Translations under genes and position numbers: made by a program
Part shown: one piece after another, positions 19,464 through 29,325 of the stretch
Layout: each line of letters opens with the position of its first letter
Position numbering within the stretch: position 1 is the first letter of the stretch
From: an uncultured Gammaproteobacteria bacterium
GTDB taxonomy: Bacteria > Patescibacteriota > Patescibacteriia > UBA9934 > CAZDDW01
Assembly (NCBI GenBank): GCA_965231015.1
Contig: OZ246408.1
Location: 857,908 to 921,907 of the forward strand
Length of the DNA stretch: 64,000 nt
Reading direction: 5' to 3'
Notes under the pieces: model-generated
What the model saw: only the letters and a program-made list of their open reading frames with translations
What the model was told of the DNA's origin: nothing
Database searches by the model: none

Positions 19464-19856
19464 TTAATAAACTTCACAAATTATTTCTCCACCAAGATGA
19501 CGCTTCCGAGCCTCCTTGTTGGTCATCAAACCATTCGGTGTGGAAATAATGGCCACTCCCATGTCAGACAGCACTCGTGGCAATTCATTATGTTTTGCAT
19601 AAATCCGTCGTCCCGGTCGGCTGATTCGAGACATTTTGGTAATCACTGAATCTTTACCCTTATACTTAAGCTCAATTACCAACTCTTTAAAACTACCACT
19701 TTCTTTTTCACTTACCTTACCCACGTATCCCTCGCGCTCTAAAATTTTTGCCATGGCAAACTTTAACTTTGAGTATGGCAAAGCCACTTCCTTCTTATTA
19801 GTTGCGGAAGCATTGCGAATGCGAGTTAACATGTCAGAAATAGGATCAGTCATCAT
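19464..19856 (-). CDS. rpsH: 30S ribosomal protein S8
   Basis: DPISDMLTRIRNA, SRPGRRIY. Confidence 0.98.
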   Translation of the reverse strand: MMTDPISDMLTRIRNASATNKKEVALPYSKLKFAMAKILEREGYVGKVSEKESGSFKELVIELKYKGKDSVITKMSRISRPGRRIYAKHNELPRVLSDMGVAIISTPNGLMTNKEARKRHLGGEIICEVY

Positions 19857-19862
19857 ACCTTT

Positions 19863-20048
19863 TTACCAACTTGATTTTTTAATTCCAGGGATCTCACCCT
19901 TGTTGGCCAGCTCTCGAAAACAAATACGGCACAGTTTAAAATCACGCATATACCCACGATTTCGACCGCAACGCCAACATCGGTTCACTTTTCTAGTCAT
20001 GAACTTCGGATTTTTCTTAGATTTTGCAATCTGTGCTTCAGTGGCCAT
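19863..20048 (-). CDS. rpsZ: 30S ribosomal protein S14, short zinc-binding type
   Basis: 61 aa; RCWRCGR...LCRICFRE. Confidence 0.96.
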   Translation of the reverse strand: MATEAQIAKSKKNPKFMTRKVNRCWRCGRNRGYMRDFKLCRICFRELANKGEIPGIKKSSW

Positions 20049-20050
20049 AA

Positions 20051-20602
20051 TTATTTGTCTTGTTTTTTAAATGGGAACCCCAGGGCTTTAAACAGAGTCA
20101 ATCCCTGTTCATGATTTGGGGCACTGGTTGTAATGTTAACTTCCAATCCGTGCAAAGATTCAATCTCATCCGGGTTAATTTCAGGAAAGGCAATATGTTC
20201 CTTAAAACCGTATGAAAAGTTTCCATTATCGTCAACAGCTGACTCTTTTATCCCTCGAAAGTCTGTCACACGGGCAAAAGTAACATTAACCAGTTTGTAC
20301 AAAAAGTCCCACATTTTAGGACCACGCAGGGTCACCTTCATTCCTACTACCATTCCTTCACGAATGTTAAAGCCGGCAATAGACTGACGGGCCTTTGTTT
20401 TAATCGGCTGTTGACCGGTGATCCGACGCAGAGTATCCTCGGCCACTTCCTGCATTTTCTGATCCATCTTGCTCTGATTCAAACCAACGTTCAAAGTCAT
20501 TTTTTCGATTCGCGGCACAGCCATGTGGTTATCATAACCATACTCTTTTTTAAGAGCCGGGATTACTTCCTTAGCAAATTGTTCTTTTAAAATAGCTGAC
20601 AT
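20051..20602 (-). CDS. rplE: 50S ribosomal protein L5
   Basis: [21 protein letters not shown]. Confidence 0.97.
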   Translation of the reverse strand: MSAILKEQFAKEVIPALKKEYGYDNHMAVPRIEKMTLNVGLNQSKMDQKMQEVAEDTLRRITGQQPIKTKARQSIAGFNIREGMVVGMKVTLRGPKMWDFLYKLVNVTFARVTDFRGIKESAVDDNGNFSYGFKEHIAFPEINPDEIESLHGLEVNITTSAPNHEQGLTLFKALGFPFKKQDK

Positions 20603-20603
20603 A

Positions 20604-20936
20604 TTATTCTGCATCTTCTACTTTACCATTTGAATGTACCACGCGAATTTTTTTACTTTTTCCATCCGCTTCTAAAGTTTTATAACCTACCCGACCGGTA
20701 GCTCCGGTTTTTGTTGAAACCAATTTTACATTGGAAATGTGAACTGGGACCGGAAATTGAATTTTTTGACCAGGCTGATCACGGCGCGGACTACGCAGGT
20801 GCCGAGTGGCCATATTCAAACCTTCCACCACAACTTTTTCAAGCTTAGGGAAAACCTGAATCACCTTACCCTCTTTTCCTTTGTCTTTTCCGGCAGTGAT
20901 TTTTACCTTGTCTCCGGTTTTGATCTTCAAAGCCAT
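20604..20936 (-). CDS. rplX: 50S ribosomal protein L24
   Basis: IKTGDKVKITAGKDKGKEG. Confidence 0.97.
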   Translation of the reverse strand: MALKIKTGDKVKITAGKDKGKEGKVIQVFPKLEKVVVEGLNMATRHLRSPRRDQPGQKIQFPVPVHISNVKLVSTKTGATGRVGYKTLEADGKSKKIRVVHSNGKVEDAE

Positions 20937-20940
20937 AGGT

Positions 20941-21312
20941 TTATAAAACTTCAGGAGCTAATGAAATAATCTTACTGTATCCGGCAGCGCGAAGTTCACG
21001 AGCCACTGGACCAAAGATACGAGTTCCTTTTGGTTCTTTGTTTTCTTTATCAATAATAACTGCTGCGTTTTCATCAAAACGGATGTATGAACCGTCGGCT
21101 CGTCGAGTCTCCTTTTTAGTTCGTACAATTACCGCCTGAACCACATCAGATTTCTTAACCGCTGAATGTGGTACGGCTTCTTTGACAACCGCGGTAACCA
21201 CGTCACCAATTCTAGCGTAGCGTTTCTTGTATCCACCGAGTACTCGAATAACTTTGAGGCGTTTTGCCCCGGTGTTATCGGCTACCATTAATCGTGATTC
21301 TTGCTGGACCAT
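20941..21312 (-). CDS. rplN: 50S ribosomal protein L14
   Basis: [19 protein letters not shown]. Confidence 0.98.
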   Translation of the reverse strand: MVQQESRLMVADNTGAKRLKVIRVLGGYKKRYARIGDVVTAVVKEAVPHSAVKKSDVVQAVIVRTKKETRRADGSYIRFDENAAVIIDKENKEPKGTRIFGPVARELRAAGYSKIISLAPEVL

Positions 21313-21313
21313 A

Positions 21314-21571
21314 TTATTTTACTATTGATACCAGTCGCCATCGCTTATCCTTGGATAACGGACGACACTCTTCAAAGACAATCTTATCTCCGACCTTTAA
21401 TTCATTTTTTTCATCATGAACTTTAAATTTATTCGAGCGAACGTAACGCTTCAGGTACTTCGGATGGATCACCGTTCGTTCAACCTGAACCAAAGCTGTT
21501 TTATCCATCTTGGTTCCCACTACTTCACCGGTTAAACGGCGGTGTGTGTTTTTCTTCTTTTCTTCGCTCAT
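21314..21571 (-). CDS. rpsQ: 30S ribosomal protein S17
   Basis: [18 protein letters not shown]. Confidence 0.97.
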   Translation of the reverse strand: MSEEKKKNTHRRLTGEVVGTKMDKTALVQVERTVIHPKYLKRYVRSNKFKVHDEKNELKVGDKIVFEECRPLSKDKRWRLVSIVK

Positions 21572-21572
21572 A

Positions 21573-21779
21573 TTATTCACTTACTTTTTCACTTACTGCA
21601 ACTTGTCCCAAGGCGGTTTTAACTCGTGCGATCTCCCGCTTCACCTGTCGTACCTCTCGTACCTGAGCCAACTGGTTAGAAGCCAACTTAAACTTCAACT
21701 CATTCAATCGCTCAGTAAGCTCGGCGAGAGTTTTCTCTAGATCAGTCTTAGATTTTCCCTGAAACTTCTTAATCTGCAT
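21573..21779 (-). CDS. rpmC: 50S ribosomal protein L29
   Basis: VRQVKREIARVKT; operon position. Confidence 0.95.
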   Translation of the reverse strand: MQIKKFQGKSKTDLEKTLAELTERLNELKFKLASNQLAQVREVRQVKREIARVKTALGQVAVSEKVSE

Positions 21780-21783
21780 ATGT

Positions 21784-22200
21784 TTAATTATCAAGTCCGA
21801 TAATTTTAGTCTTCATCGGCAACTTGTGTGAAGCCAAACGCATGGCTTCTTCGGCTACGTCGTCTGGAACACCATCGATTTCAAACATAACTGTTCCTGG
21901 ACGAACCGGTACCATGTAATAGTCAACCGCACCTTTTCCTTTACCCATTGGCACCTCGGCACCCTTGGCTGTAACCGGATGATCAGGAAAGATTCGAATC
22001 CAGATAGATCCGCCACGCTTAACGTATCGAGTAATGGCTCGTCGAGCCGCCTCAATTTGACGCGAAGTTACCCAAGATTCTGTCTGAGCCTTAAGACCAA
22101 TCTTCCCAAAGGCAAGTTTAGTCTTGTTGGTAGCCAATCTTTTGCCGCTGGCGCGACCCTTGTGCCACTTTCTGTGTTTGACTTTTTTTGGCATCAACAT
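21784..22200 (-). CDS. rplP: 50S ribosomal protein L16
   Basis: [25 protein letters not shown]. Confidence 0.98.
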   Translation of the reverse strand: MLMPKKVKHRKWHKGRASGKRLATNKTKLAFGKIGLKAQTESWVTSRQIEAARRAITRYVKRGGSIWIRIFPDHPVTAKGAEVPMGKGKGAVDYYMVPVRPGTVMFEIDGVPDDVAEEAMRLASHKLPMKTKIIGLDN

Positions 22201-22209
22201 ACGCGTGGG

Positions 22210-22878
22210 TTAGGCGGTCTTGTCAATTTTTTTATTATCTTCTTCAAAGACTTCGCCTCGGTTAATCCAGACCTTTACTCCAATTGTACCGTAGGTGGTC
22301 CAAGCCCTTACTCTCGCAAAGTCAATATCGGCTCGCAAGTTGTGCAAAGGAATACTACCATCTGAAATCTGCTCGGTTCGGGCAATGTCAGCACCGTTTA
22401 ATCGTCCGGCCACTGACACCTTCACACCCTTGGCTCCGGCTTTCATGACCCGTTCAATAGCTTGCTTCATACTGCGTCGGAACGGCATACGCTTTTCAAG
22501 CTCCGAAGCAATTTGCTGAGCCACAATCCTGGCCGAGAGCGAAGGCTTAGACACCTCTTGTACGTTTAGATTAATGTTAATTTTTCTACCGCGAAAATAC
22601 TTTTTCATTAATTTCTTTTTTAGGTCTTCAATCCCGGCTCCGGATCGACCAATGATAAATCCAGGCTTTGAGGAGTGAATGGTCACGGTAATACTTTTTG
22701 TTGCCCGTTCAATAACCACATGATCAACTGAAGCATCTTTCAATTCCTTTTCTAAGAAAGTCCGAATCTTGTGATCTTCTTCAAGCAGAGTCGGGAAGTC
22801 CTTGTTGGCAAACCAATTAGAATCCCAGCCACGAATAGTGGCAATACGGAAGGCTTTTGGATTTACTTTTCTACCCAT
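22210..22878 (-). CDS. rpsC: 30S ribosomal protein S3
   Basis: MGRKVNP, GRLNGADIAR, PLHNLRADID. Confidence 0.98.
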   Translation of the reverse strand: MGRKVNPKAFRIATIRGWDSNWFANKDFPTLLEEDHKIRTFLEKELKDASVDHVVIERATKSITVTIHSSKPGFIIGRSGAGIEDLKKKLMKKYFRGRKININLNVQEVSKPSLSARIVAQQIASELEKRMPFRRSMKQAIERVMKAGAKGVKVSVAGRLNGADIARTEQISDGSIPLHNLRADIDFARVRAWTTYGTIGVKVWINRGEVFEEDNKKIDKTA

Positions 22879-22880
22879 AA

Positions 22881-23441
22881 TTACTTTTTATCAGTTTGTC
22901 CGGCACCGCCGGACTTAGTAGTCTTTGTGGTTTTTTTGGCTGGAGCCTTTTTGACAACCGGTTTCTTAGCTGCTGGTTTCTTAGTTTTCCCGCCATCTTC
23001 AGCTTGGCGGGATCCTGCCACGCCTTTTGTCGGCGGGACTTTCTTAGTTTCTTTCTTTTCACTTTTAACTTCCTTGCCAACCTTTGTATCTTTTACATCT
23101 TTTGCATCCTTTCCATCACTCAACACCACCAAAATGTGCGAGGTTCGCTTTCGGATCGGAAATGCTCGACCATGAGCGCGAGGCTTCCAACGCTTAATAG
23201 TCGGTCCCTCATCAGCCATAATGGTTTTCACTACCAGGTCTTCTTCTTTCAGGTTGAAATTATGAACCGCATTGGCCGCAGCAGAATTGATCAGCTTCAA
23301 TACCGGCTTGGCCGCTGCTTTGTTCATAAACTGAAGCTGGTTTCGAGCTTCAGCCAACTTATTACCCCGCACAACATCAACCACCAACCGCACTTTACGC
23401 GGTGACATTCGAATAAATTTTGCGGTTGCTTTAACGTCCAT
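22881..23441 (-). CDS. rplV: 50S ribosomal protein L22 with Lys-rich C-terminal extension
   Basis: SPRKVRLV, PRAHGRA..IRKRTSHI. Confidence 0.97.
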   Translation of the reverse strand: MDVKATAKFIRMSPRKVRLVVDVVRGNKLAEARNQLQFMNKAAAKPVLKLINSAAANAVHNFNLKEEDLVVKTIMADEGPTIKRWKPRAHGRAFPIRKRTSHILVVLSDGKDAKDVKDTKVGKEVKSEKKETKKVPPTKGVAGSRQAEDGGKTKKPAAKKPVVKKAPAKKTTKTTKSGGAGQTDKK

Positions 23442-23444
23442 ATC

Positions 23445-23720
23445 TTATTTCTGTTCTTTAGCCATTTTACCGCCATGACCCACAAACTTCCGAGTTGGCG
23501 CAAATTCACCTAGCTTATGACCAACCATGTTCTCAACAATCTTCACCGGCACATGAGTTCGTCCGTTGTGTACGGCAATGGTAAAGCCAACCATCTCTGG
23601 AGTGATGGATGAGGCTCGAGCCCAGGTCTTGATAACAGTTTTATCTCCCTGTTTCAAAGCCGTAATCTTTTTCTGTAATTTGGCGTCCACGTATGGACCT
23701 TTCTTTAAACTACGTGACAT
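23445..23720 (-). CDS. rpsS: 30S ribosomal protein S19
   Basis: [23 protein letters not shown]. Confidence 0.98.
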   Translation of the reverse strand: MSRSLKKGPYVDAKLQKKITALKQGDKTVIKTWARASSITPEMVGFTIAVHNGRTHVPVKIVENMVGHKLGEFAPTRKFVGHGGKMAKEQK

Positions 23721-23731
23721 AATTGTTTTTA

Positions 23732-24574
23732 TTAGCGGCGCTTCTTCTTACGTCTTTCAATAATAAGCGCATCAGACGGTTTTTTACGGCGGGTTTTTAC
23801 TCCGAGAGCCGGCTTACCGGTTGGAGTCTTAGGGTGCTTCATACCAATAGCATTTGCACCTTCACCACCACCGTGGGGGTGGTCTACCGGGTTCATTACC
23901 TTACCACGAACAGTAGGTCGAAAACCGCGGTGACGCATTCTACCAGCTTTACCCCAGCGAATCAAACGTCGGTCAGGATTAGAGGTCTGACCAATGGTAG
24001 CCATACATGTTTTTGGCACCATCCGCACTTCTCCACTTGGGAGCTTCAAGGTTGCGTTCTTTCCTTCAACAGCCATAATCTGGGCTGTGGTACCGGCACC
24101 GCGCACCATCTGGCCACCCTTCCCTGGCTCAATCTCGATGTTGTAAACACCGATACCGGCAGGGATGTGCTCTAAGGCAAAACGGTTTCCAAGTTTAATC
24201 TCGCCTTTCTTTTGGCTAGACACAACTTCATCACCGGCCTTGAGCCCGATTGGGGCCACCATATAGCGCTTTTCACCATCTGCATAGTGCAAGAGGGCGA
24301 TGCGGGCGCCACGGCCTGGATCATACTGAATCTCAACCACCTTGGCTGGGACATCAAATTTATCTCGCTTAAAATCGACCACACGAACTTGTCGTTTAGC
24401 TCCGCCGCCACGGTGGCGTACGGTAATCTTCCCCTGGTTGTTACGTCCAGCCTTTTGCTTTTTTGATTTCAAAAGCTTTTTCACAGGCTTAGCCTTTGAA
24501 TCCACGTCCACAAAGGCGTCCACACTTGAAATGCGACGACCCGGGGTAGTTGGTTTGTAGCGTTTAACTGGCAT
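23732..24574 (-). CDS. rplB: 50S ribosomal protein L2
   Basis: [22 protein letters not shown]. Confidence 0.98.
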   Translation of the reverse strand: MPVKRYKPTTPGRRISSVDAFVDVDSKAKPVKKLLKSKKQKAGRNNQGKITVRHRGGGAKRQVRVVDFKRDKFDVPAKVVEIQYDPGRGARIALLHYADGEKRYMVAPIGLKAGDEVVSSQKKGEIKLGNRFALEHIPAGIGVYNIEIEPGKGGQMVRGAGTTAQIMAVEGKNATLKLPSGEVRMVPKTCMATIGQTSNPDRRLIRWGKAGRMRHRGFRPTVRGKVMNPVDHPHGGGEGANAIGMKHPKTPTGKPALGVKTRRKKPSDALIIERRKKKRR

Positions 24575-24584
24575 AATTTTGGCT

Positions 24585-24638
24585 CGTCGCACGTCGCACG
24601 TCGTTTAGCAACGACGGGCGATTTGCTACGGGCGATTT
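24585..24638. repeat. Heptamer (cgtcgca) hairpin element, copy 1
   Basis: Closely matches 26377-26428; sits just upstream of the rplB start. Confidence 0.8.
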
Positions 24639-24642
24639 TCTT

Positions 24643-25098
24643 TTATACTCCTTCGTAAACATCAATCTTAGTTCCTTTTGGCAAAGTCACAATGGCTTTT
24701 TTCCAATCGTTCTGACGACCTTGCACTCGACCAAAGCGAACCTTCTTTCCCTTATAATTGGCAATATTAACCTTGACCGGCTGAACGCCATACATGGCCT
24801 TGATTGCCTGAGCCACCTGAACCTGATTTGCATTCCTCTTAACCACGAATACGTACTGTCCGGCATCCGCTAAAACGGCTGACTTTTCAGTTACATGAGG
24901 GCGGATAATCACATTCTCCAAACCTTCGATCATGGTTCCTTTTGGTCGAATTGAACCCTCAGCCTTCTCGGTTTTCTTAGCTTTTTTTGCCTTCTTGACC
25001 TTATCAGTCTTATCAGACTTCTTGGTATTCTCAGCCTTCTTGCCCTCAGCTACCTCTTGCTCTTTTTGCTTGCGAAATTTGTCGAAAAATCCAGCCAT
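24643..25098 (-). CDS. rplW: 50S ribosomal protein L23 with Lys-rich N-terminal extension
   Basis: IIRPHVTEKS, WKKAIVTL. Confidence 0.96.
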   Translation of the reverse strand: MAGFFDKFRKQKEQEVAEGKKAENTKKSDKTDKVKKAKKAKKTEKAEGSIRPKGTMIEGLENVIIRPHVTEKSAVLADAGQYVFVVKRNANQVQVAQAIKAMYGVQPVKVNIANYKGKKVRFGRVQGRQNDWKKAIVTLPKGTKIDVYEGV

Positions 25099-25099
25099 A

Positions 25100-25738
25100 T
25101 TACTTAGTAGCTTTATAGGTTTCGTTAACGAGAGCAGCTGCATCCTTACTGATAAGAATGTAGTCGTGAGAAAGAACGTCGACTACGTTCAAACTCTTGG
25201 CTCCGATCGTGCTAAGCTTGGGGATGTTGCGAGCGGCTCGCTTCACCACCTGATTAGCCGGATCAATAACCACCAAGGTTTTTTTGCCTGCGTTTGGTAA
25301 TTTACCAAGTAAATTAGCAAAAACTTTGGTCTTGGCCTCGGACAGCTCCAAAGTATCCACGACCACAAATCGGTCATGAGCCACCTTGTCACTCAAGGTC
25401 ATGGCCAAAGCTTTTCGCTTGGCTTTCTTGTTAATTTTACGAGAAAAATTCTGATTCTTACTAGGTCCAAAAGTTACTCCACCACTTCGCCACAAAGGAG
25501 AACGAATGGTACCGGCTCGAGCTCGGCCAGTTCCCTTCTGACGCCATGGCTTACGACCACCGCCTCGAACCTCTGATCGGTCTTTGGCGTGAGCAATAGC
25601 CTGACGAGCGTTGGCCTGTTGAATCACCACTGCTTCGTGAACCAAATTTGGATCAACTACAACTTCAAACATATCCTTAGCCAGTTCCATTTCACCGGTT
25701 GCCTCACCTTTCTGATTGTAGACTTTTACTTTTGCCAT
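25100..25738 (-). CDS. rplD: 50S ribosomal protein L4
   Basis: GGGRKPWRQKGTGRARAG. Confidence 0.98.
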   Translation of the reverse strand: MAKVKVYNQKGEATGEMELAKDMFEVVVDPNLVHEAVVIQQANARQAIAHAKDRSEVRGGGRKPWRQKGTGRARAGTIRSPLWRSGGVTFGPSKNQNFSRKINKKAKRKALAMTLSDKVAHDRFVVVDTLELSEAKTKVFANLLGKLPNAGKKTLVVIDPANQVVKRAARNIPKLSTIGAKSLNVVDVLSHDYILISKDAAALVNETYKATK

Positions 25739-25743
25739 ATTAT

Positions 25744-26370
25744 TTAGTTACCCCAAATATTCTTACCGGTTCGGGAACGAACAAAAACTAAACTGTTTCG
25801 TGCCCCTGGAACAGCACCTTTTATCGCCAAAGTGTTGGTTTTTGGATCAATCGCGACAACCTCTAAATTCTTGACAGTTACTCGATCATTTCCCATACGA
25901 CCTGGCATACGAGTTCCTTTCAAAACTCGCTGTGGACCCTGAGCTCCAATGGAACCTGGCATTCGTAACTGATCTTTGTGACCGTGAGATGCAGGACTTC
26001 CATGAAAACCGTGTCGCTTCACAACACCTTGAAAACCCTTTCCTTTTGAAGTACCGACAATGTCTACCTTATCACCTTCTTCAAACAGATTGACTTTAAT
26101 TTTGTCTCCCGGTTTTAGATCCGTTTCATCAACTCTGAACTCACGAGTTAAACCTACCGGACCAAACTCCTTAGCCCGTGATACCTGAGCTTTGTTGACC
26201 TTTTTGGTTTCACCGAATCCAACCTGAACCGCTGAATATCCGTCTTTGTCTTTAGTTCGCACATCAGTAACAACACATGGGCCAGCCTGAATCAAGGTAA
26301 CCGGAATTACGGTACCGTCTTCCTTGAAGATCTGACTCATTTCGAGTTTTTTACCAATGATGAATTTCAT
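25744..26370 (-). CDS. rplC: 50S ribosomal protein L3
   Basis: SKGKGFQGVVKRH, MPGRMG. Confidence 0.98.
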   Translation of the reverse strand: MKFIIGKKLEMSQIFKEDGTVIPVTLIQAGPCVVTDVRTKDKDGYSAVQVGFGETKKVNKAQVSRAKEFGPVGLTREFRVDETDLKPGDKIKVNLFEEGDKVDIVGTSKGKGFQGVVKRHGFHGSPASHGHKDQLRMPGSIGAQGPQRVLKGTRMPGRMGNDRVTVKNLEVVAIDPKTNTLAIKGAVPGARNSLVFVRSRTGKNIWGN

Positions 26371-26376
26371 AAGAGA

Positions 26377-26428
26377 TCGCACGTGGCACGTCGTTCAAAA
26401 CGACGAGCGATTTGCGACAAGCGACGTG
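26377..26428. repeat. Heptamer (cgtcgca) hairpin element, copy 2
   Basis: tcgcacgtggcacgtcgtt-caa-aacgacgagcgatttgcga; upstream of the rplC start. Confidence 0.8.
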
Positions 26429-26429
26429 C

Positions 26430-26780
26430 TTTTTCCAGCTTCTTAACACAAAAGCCAGAGATCGTTTTACAGAAATTTATAAAACAGTCTCTGACCCCAT
26501 GCGGCTATTGGGTTGCTGATGTGATTTATTGAAAACTTGTCTCCTACCCAATCTCTAGAAGCTGCAGGAAGGTTTTCGCGACTTATGCCCGCCCGTAATT
26601 CACGCGATCTTTCTTCTTGGTTCTAAGGTTGGTGTTTCTTTGGTGTTTCTACTGATAATTCTTTCAAAATTCTTCACCCTACAAGGCGTGGGGTAACAAA
26701 TTCGGAGATGTACTTAATGGTACATTGACGGATTTGTGGGGCCCCGCAACGAAGTAGGTGGAGTAATTTCGGGAGAATTG
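26430..26780 (-). promoter_or_regulatory. Long structured rpsJ-rplC spacer, candidate ribosomal leader or ncRNA
   Basis: No ORF of 60 aa or more. Several stems, e.g. ggtcagaga.tgttttat/gtaaaacg.tctctggct on the minus strand. Confidence 0.45.
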
Positions 26781-26782
26781 TA

Positions 26783-27124
26783 TTACATTTTTATTTCTAC
26801 GTCAACCCCTGCCGGTAAATTCAAACTCATCAATGAATCAACTGTTTTTTCGCTTGGGTTAACGATATCGATCAAACGCTTGTGCACACGCATTTCGTAC
26901 TGATCACGACTGGTTTTGTGAACGAAGGTAGACCGGTTCACGGTATACTTACGCTTTTCAGTTGGTAATGGAATTGGACCCAAAACCTTAGCCCCGGTTC
27001 GCTCAGCAGTTTTGATAATGGTTGCTGTAGCCTGGTCGATGATCTTGTGGTCGTAAGCACGAATCTTAATTCGAATTCGCTGCTTGGTTTTGTCTTCAGT
27101 TTTGTTGGTTGCTTTGTCAGTCAC
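26783..27124 (-). CDS. rpsJ: 30S ribosomal protein S10
   Basis: [25 protein letters not shown]; probable GTG start. Confidence 0.97.
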   Translation of the reverse strand: MTDKATNKTEDKTKQRIRIKIRAYDHKIIDQATATIIKTAERTGAKVLGPIPLPTEKRKYTVNRSTFVHKTSRDQYEMRVHKRLIDIVNPSEKTVDSLMSLNLPAGVDVEIKM

Positions 27125-27156
27125 AAATTTCTTCGAAAGAACAGGTTCAATGTTAG

Positions 27157-27182
27157 CGAGGCGAGCCAAAAGGCTCGCCTCG
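27157..27182. terminator. Hairpin after tuf
   Basis: cgaggcgagcc-aaaa-ggctcgcctcg; no clear U-tract on the minus strand. Confidence 0.5.
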
Positions 27183-27192
27183 AAAACTTGAT

Positions 27193-28383
27193 TTAATTAA
27201 CAATCTTGGTTACTACACCAGCTCCAACAGTTCGTCCACCTTCACGAATAGCAAAACGCTGCTGTTCCTCAAGAGCAATCGGCTGGATAAGCTTAACGGT
27301 TGCACCATTAATGGTGTCACCTGGCATAGCCATTTCTACTCCTTCTGGCAAGGTTACTTCACCGGTAACGTCAGTAGTTCGGATGTAGAACTGTGGCTTG
27401 TAACCCTTAAAGAATGGCTTGTGTCGTCCACCCTCTTCTTTGGTAAGAGCATACAGTTCACACTCAAACTCGGTATGTGGGGTTACAGTACCAGGAGCAG
27501 CCAAGACCTGACCACGCTCAACTTCATCCTTCTTGGTTCCACGGAGCAGGATTCCAGCGTTGTCACCGGCCTGACCTTGATCAAGAGTCTTGTTAAACAT
27601 TTCCACACCAGTAACAGTGGTCTTGGTAGTGTCTTTAATACCAACCATTTCAACTTCCTCACCGGTCTTAACAATTCCACGCTCGATTCGTCCAGTTACA
27701 ACTGTTCCACGTCCCTCAATTGAGAAAACGTCTTCAATCGGCATCAGGAATGGCTTATCAACGTCACGTTGTGGTTCAGGAATATATTCATCAAGCTTGG
27801 CAAGTAGTTCTTTAATTGGCTTGGCAGCCTCTTCGTCTGAAGGATTCTCAAGAGCCTTAAGAGCAGAACCACGAATAATTGGAGTTTCATCTCCTGGGAA
27901 TTCGTACTGCTTAAGAAGGTCTCGAATTTCTTCTTCAACCAGGTCAATAAGCTCCGGGTCATCTACCATGTCAACTTTGTTTAAGAAAACAACAATGGCA
28001 GGAACACCAACCTGACGAGCGAGCAAAATATGCTCACGAGTCTGTGGCATTGGACCATCAGCTGCTGACACAACGAGAATTGATCCGTCCATCTGAGCAG
28101 CACCGGTAATCATGTTTTTTACGTAGTCGGCGTGTCCTGGACAGTCAACGTGAGCGTAGTGACGCTTATCGGTTTCGTACTCAACGTGAGAAGTAGCAAT
28201 GGTAATTCCACGCTCTTTTTCTTCCGGAGCGTTGTCAATCTGGTCAAAACCCTTGGCCTGACCACCACCCATGACAGAAGCCACGGCGGTAATAGCCGCA
28301 GTAAGAGTGGTTTTACCGTGGTCAACGTGACCAATGGTACCCACGTTTACGTGCGGTTTTGATCGTTCAAATGTATCGGCCAT
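27193..28383 (-). CDS. tuf: Elongation factor Tu
   Basis: [28 protein letters not shown]. Confidence 0.99.
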   Translation of the reverse strand: MADTFERSKPHVNVGTIGHVDHGKTTLTAAITAVASVMGGGQAKGFDQIDNAPEEKERGITIATSHVEYETDKRHYAHVDCPGHADYVKNMITGAAQMDGSILVVSAADGPMPQTREHILLARQVGVPAIVVFLNKVDMVDDPELIDLVEEEIRDLLKQYEFPGDETPIIRGSALKALENPSDEEAAKPIKELLAKLDEYIPEPQRDVDKPFLMPIEDVFSIEGRGTVVTGRIERGIVKTGEEVEMVGIKDTTKTTVTGVEMFNKTLDQGQAGDNAGILLRGTKKDEVERGQVLAAPGTVTPHTEFECELYALTKEEGGRHKPFFKGYKPQFYIRTTDVTGEVTLPEGVEMAMPGDTINGATVKLIQPIALEEQQRFAIREGGRTVGAGVVTKIVN

Positions 28384-28513
28384 AAATTTGGCTAAAATTG
28401 GTTATTAATATAGTTAAATAATTGCCTTTTTTGTAGGCGGCACTAGTATAACAAAAAGCCTAAAACAATGCAAGCCCCAATTCCCCATGTTTTCCACCTA
28501 GAATTAGGGAATT

Positions 28514-28891
28514 TTACTCCACTGGTTCGAGGTAGAATTGCTCGTCTTCGCCGTCATCGTTCTCTTCTGTACTTTCTTCACTTAAATTAGCTAAATTTTC
28601 GTTCGGAAAAGCTTCATCAGTCAAGTTTGGGCTATATGATGGAGATTCTGGCTCATAATTTGGAGTTTGAACCGGGGGTTCTGGAGTTGGTGGAACTGGC
28701 TGAGTGGTCTGTTCCAGAGCTAAATCATCATCAAAATAGTCGAATTCCGCGGTTCCCAGGGCCTCAATAATAGCCTCATACTCATCAAAATCCATGATAA
28801 CAACAGCCTGTTCCCCTTCCGGGTCAGTCACCACCATGCGGTCGCCAGTGCGGCGAACCAGGTCTAAAATGCGCTTAAATTGGTTATTCAT
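28514..28891 (-). CDS. Hypothetical acidic protein
   Basis: Own TTGACA promoter near 28928; MNNQFKRILDLVRRTGDRMVV...QFYLEPVE. Confidence 0.8.
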   Translation of the reverse strand: MNNQFKRILDLVRRTGDRMVVTDPEGEQAVVIMDFDEYEAIIEALGTAEFDYFDDDLALEQTTQPVPPTPEPPVQTPNYEPESPSYSPNLTDEAFPNENLANLSEESTEENDDGEDEQFYLEPVE

Positions 28892-28930
28892 ATTAGGCTT
28901 ATCTTACCGATTTTTAGGGGATTGTCAAGG

Positions 28931-29240
28931 GAAGGCTTGGAAGGTCAGGAAGGCCCAGCCTTCTTGGCCTTCTCTCGCCCGTGGTTCCCTAACCGGACCC
29001 GCGGGTGTTTTTTGTTTCCGCTACTTCGAGCACGACGGAGGTTAATGGACATTTTTGACCGTTCCGGTCAGACGGGGTGACGAGGACTGTTTGAAGCCGA
29101 GCGTCCACCAAAACAAAAAAAGCGAGGCAAGTCCCGCAGTCAAGAGAAAAATGTTCATTTTCTACCTCCGGCGAGCACAGAAAGGCGGCCGGTTTCTTTT
29201 TTCCGGTTTTCTTTGCCGGTCCAAAGAAAACCGGGCTATT
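28931..29240. ncRNA. Structured intergenic region, candidate ncRNA (strand unknown)
   Basis: Long-range stems ggagg..tggacattttt / aaaaatgttca..cctcc plus several local hairpins. Confidence 0.35.
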
Positions 29241-29253
29241 TTTCCAACTCGAA

Positions 29254-29278
29254 AGCCCCAGGGTTAGACCCTGGGGCT
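29254..29278 (-). terminator. Hairpin terminator after the coiled-coil gene
   Basis: agccccaggg-ttaga-ccctggggct. Confidence 0.7.
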
Positions 29279-29325
29279 GACGTGGATCTCCCACGAGGGG
29301 AGATAATGTGAGGAGGGTTGGTAGT

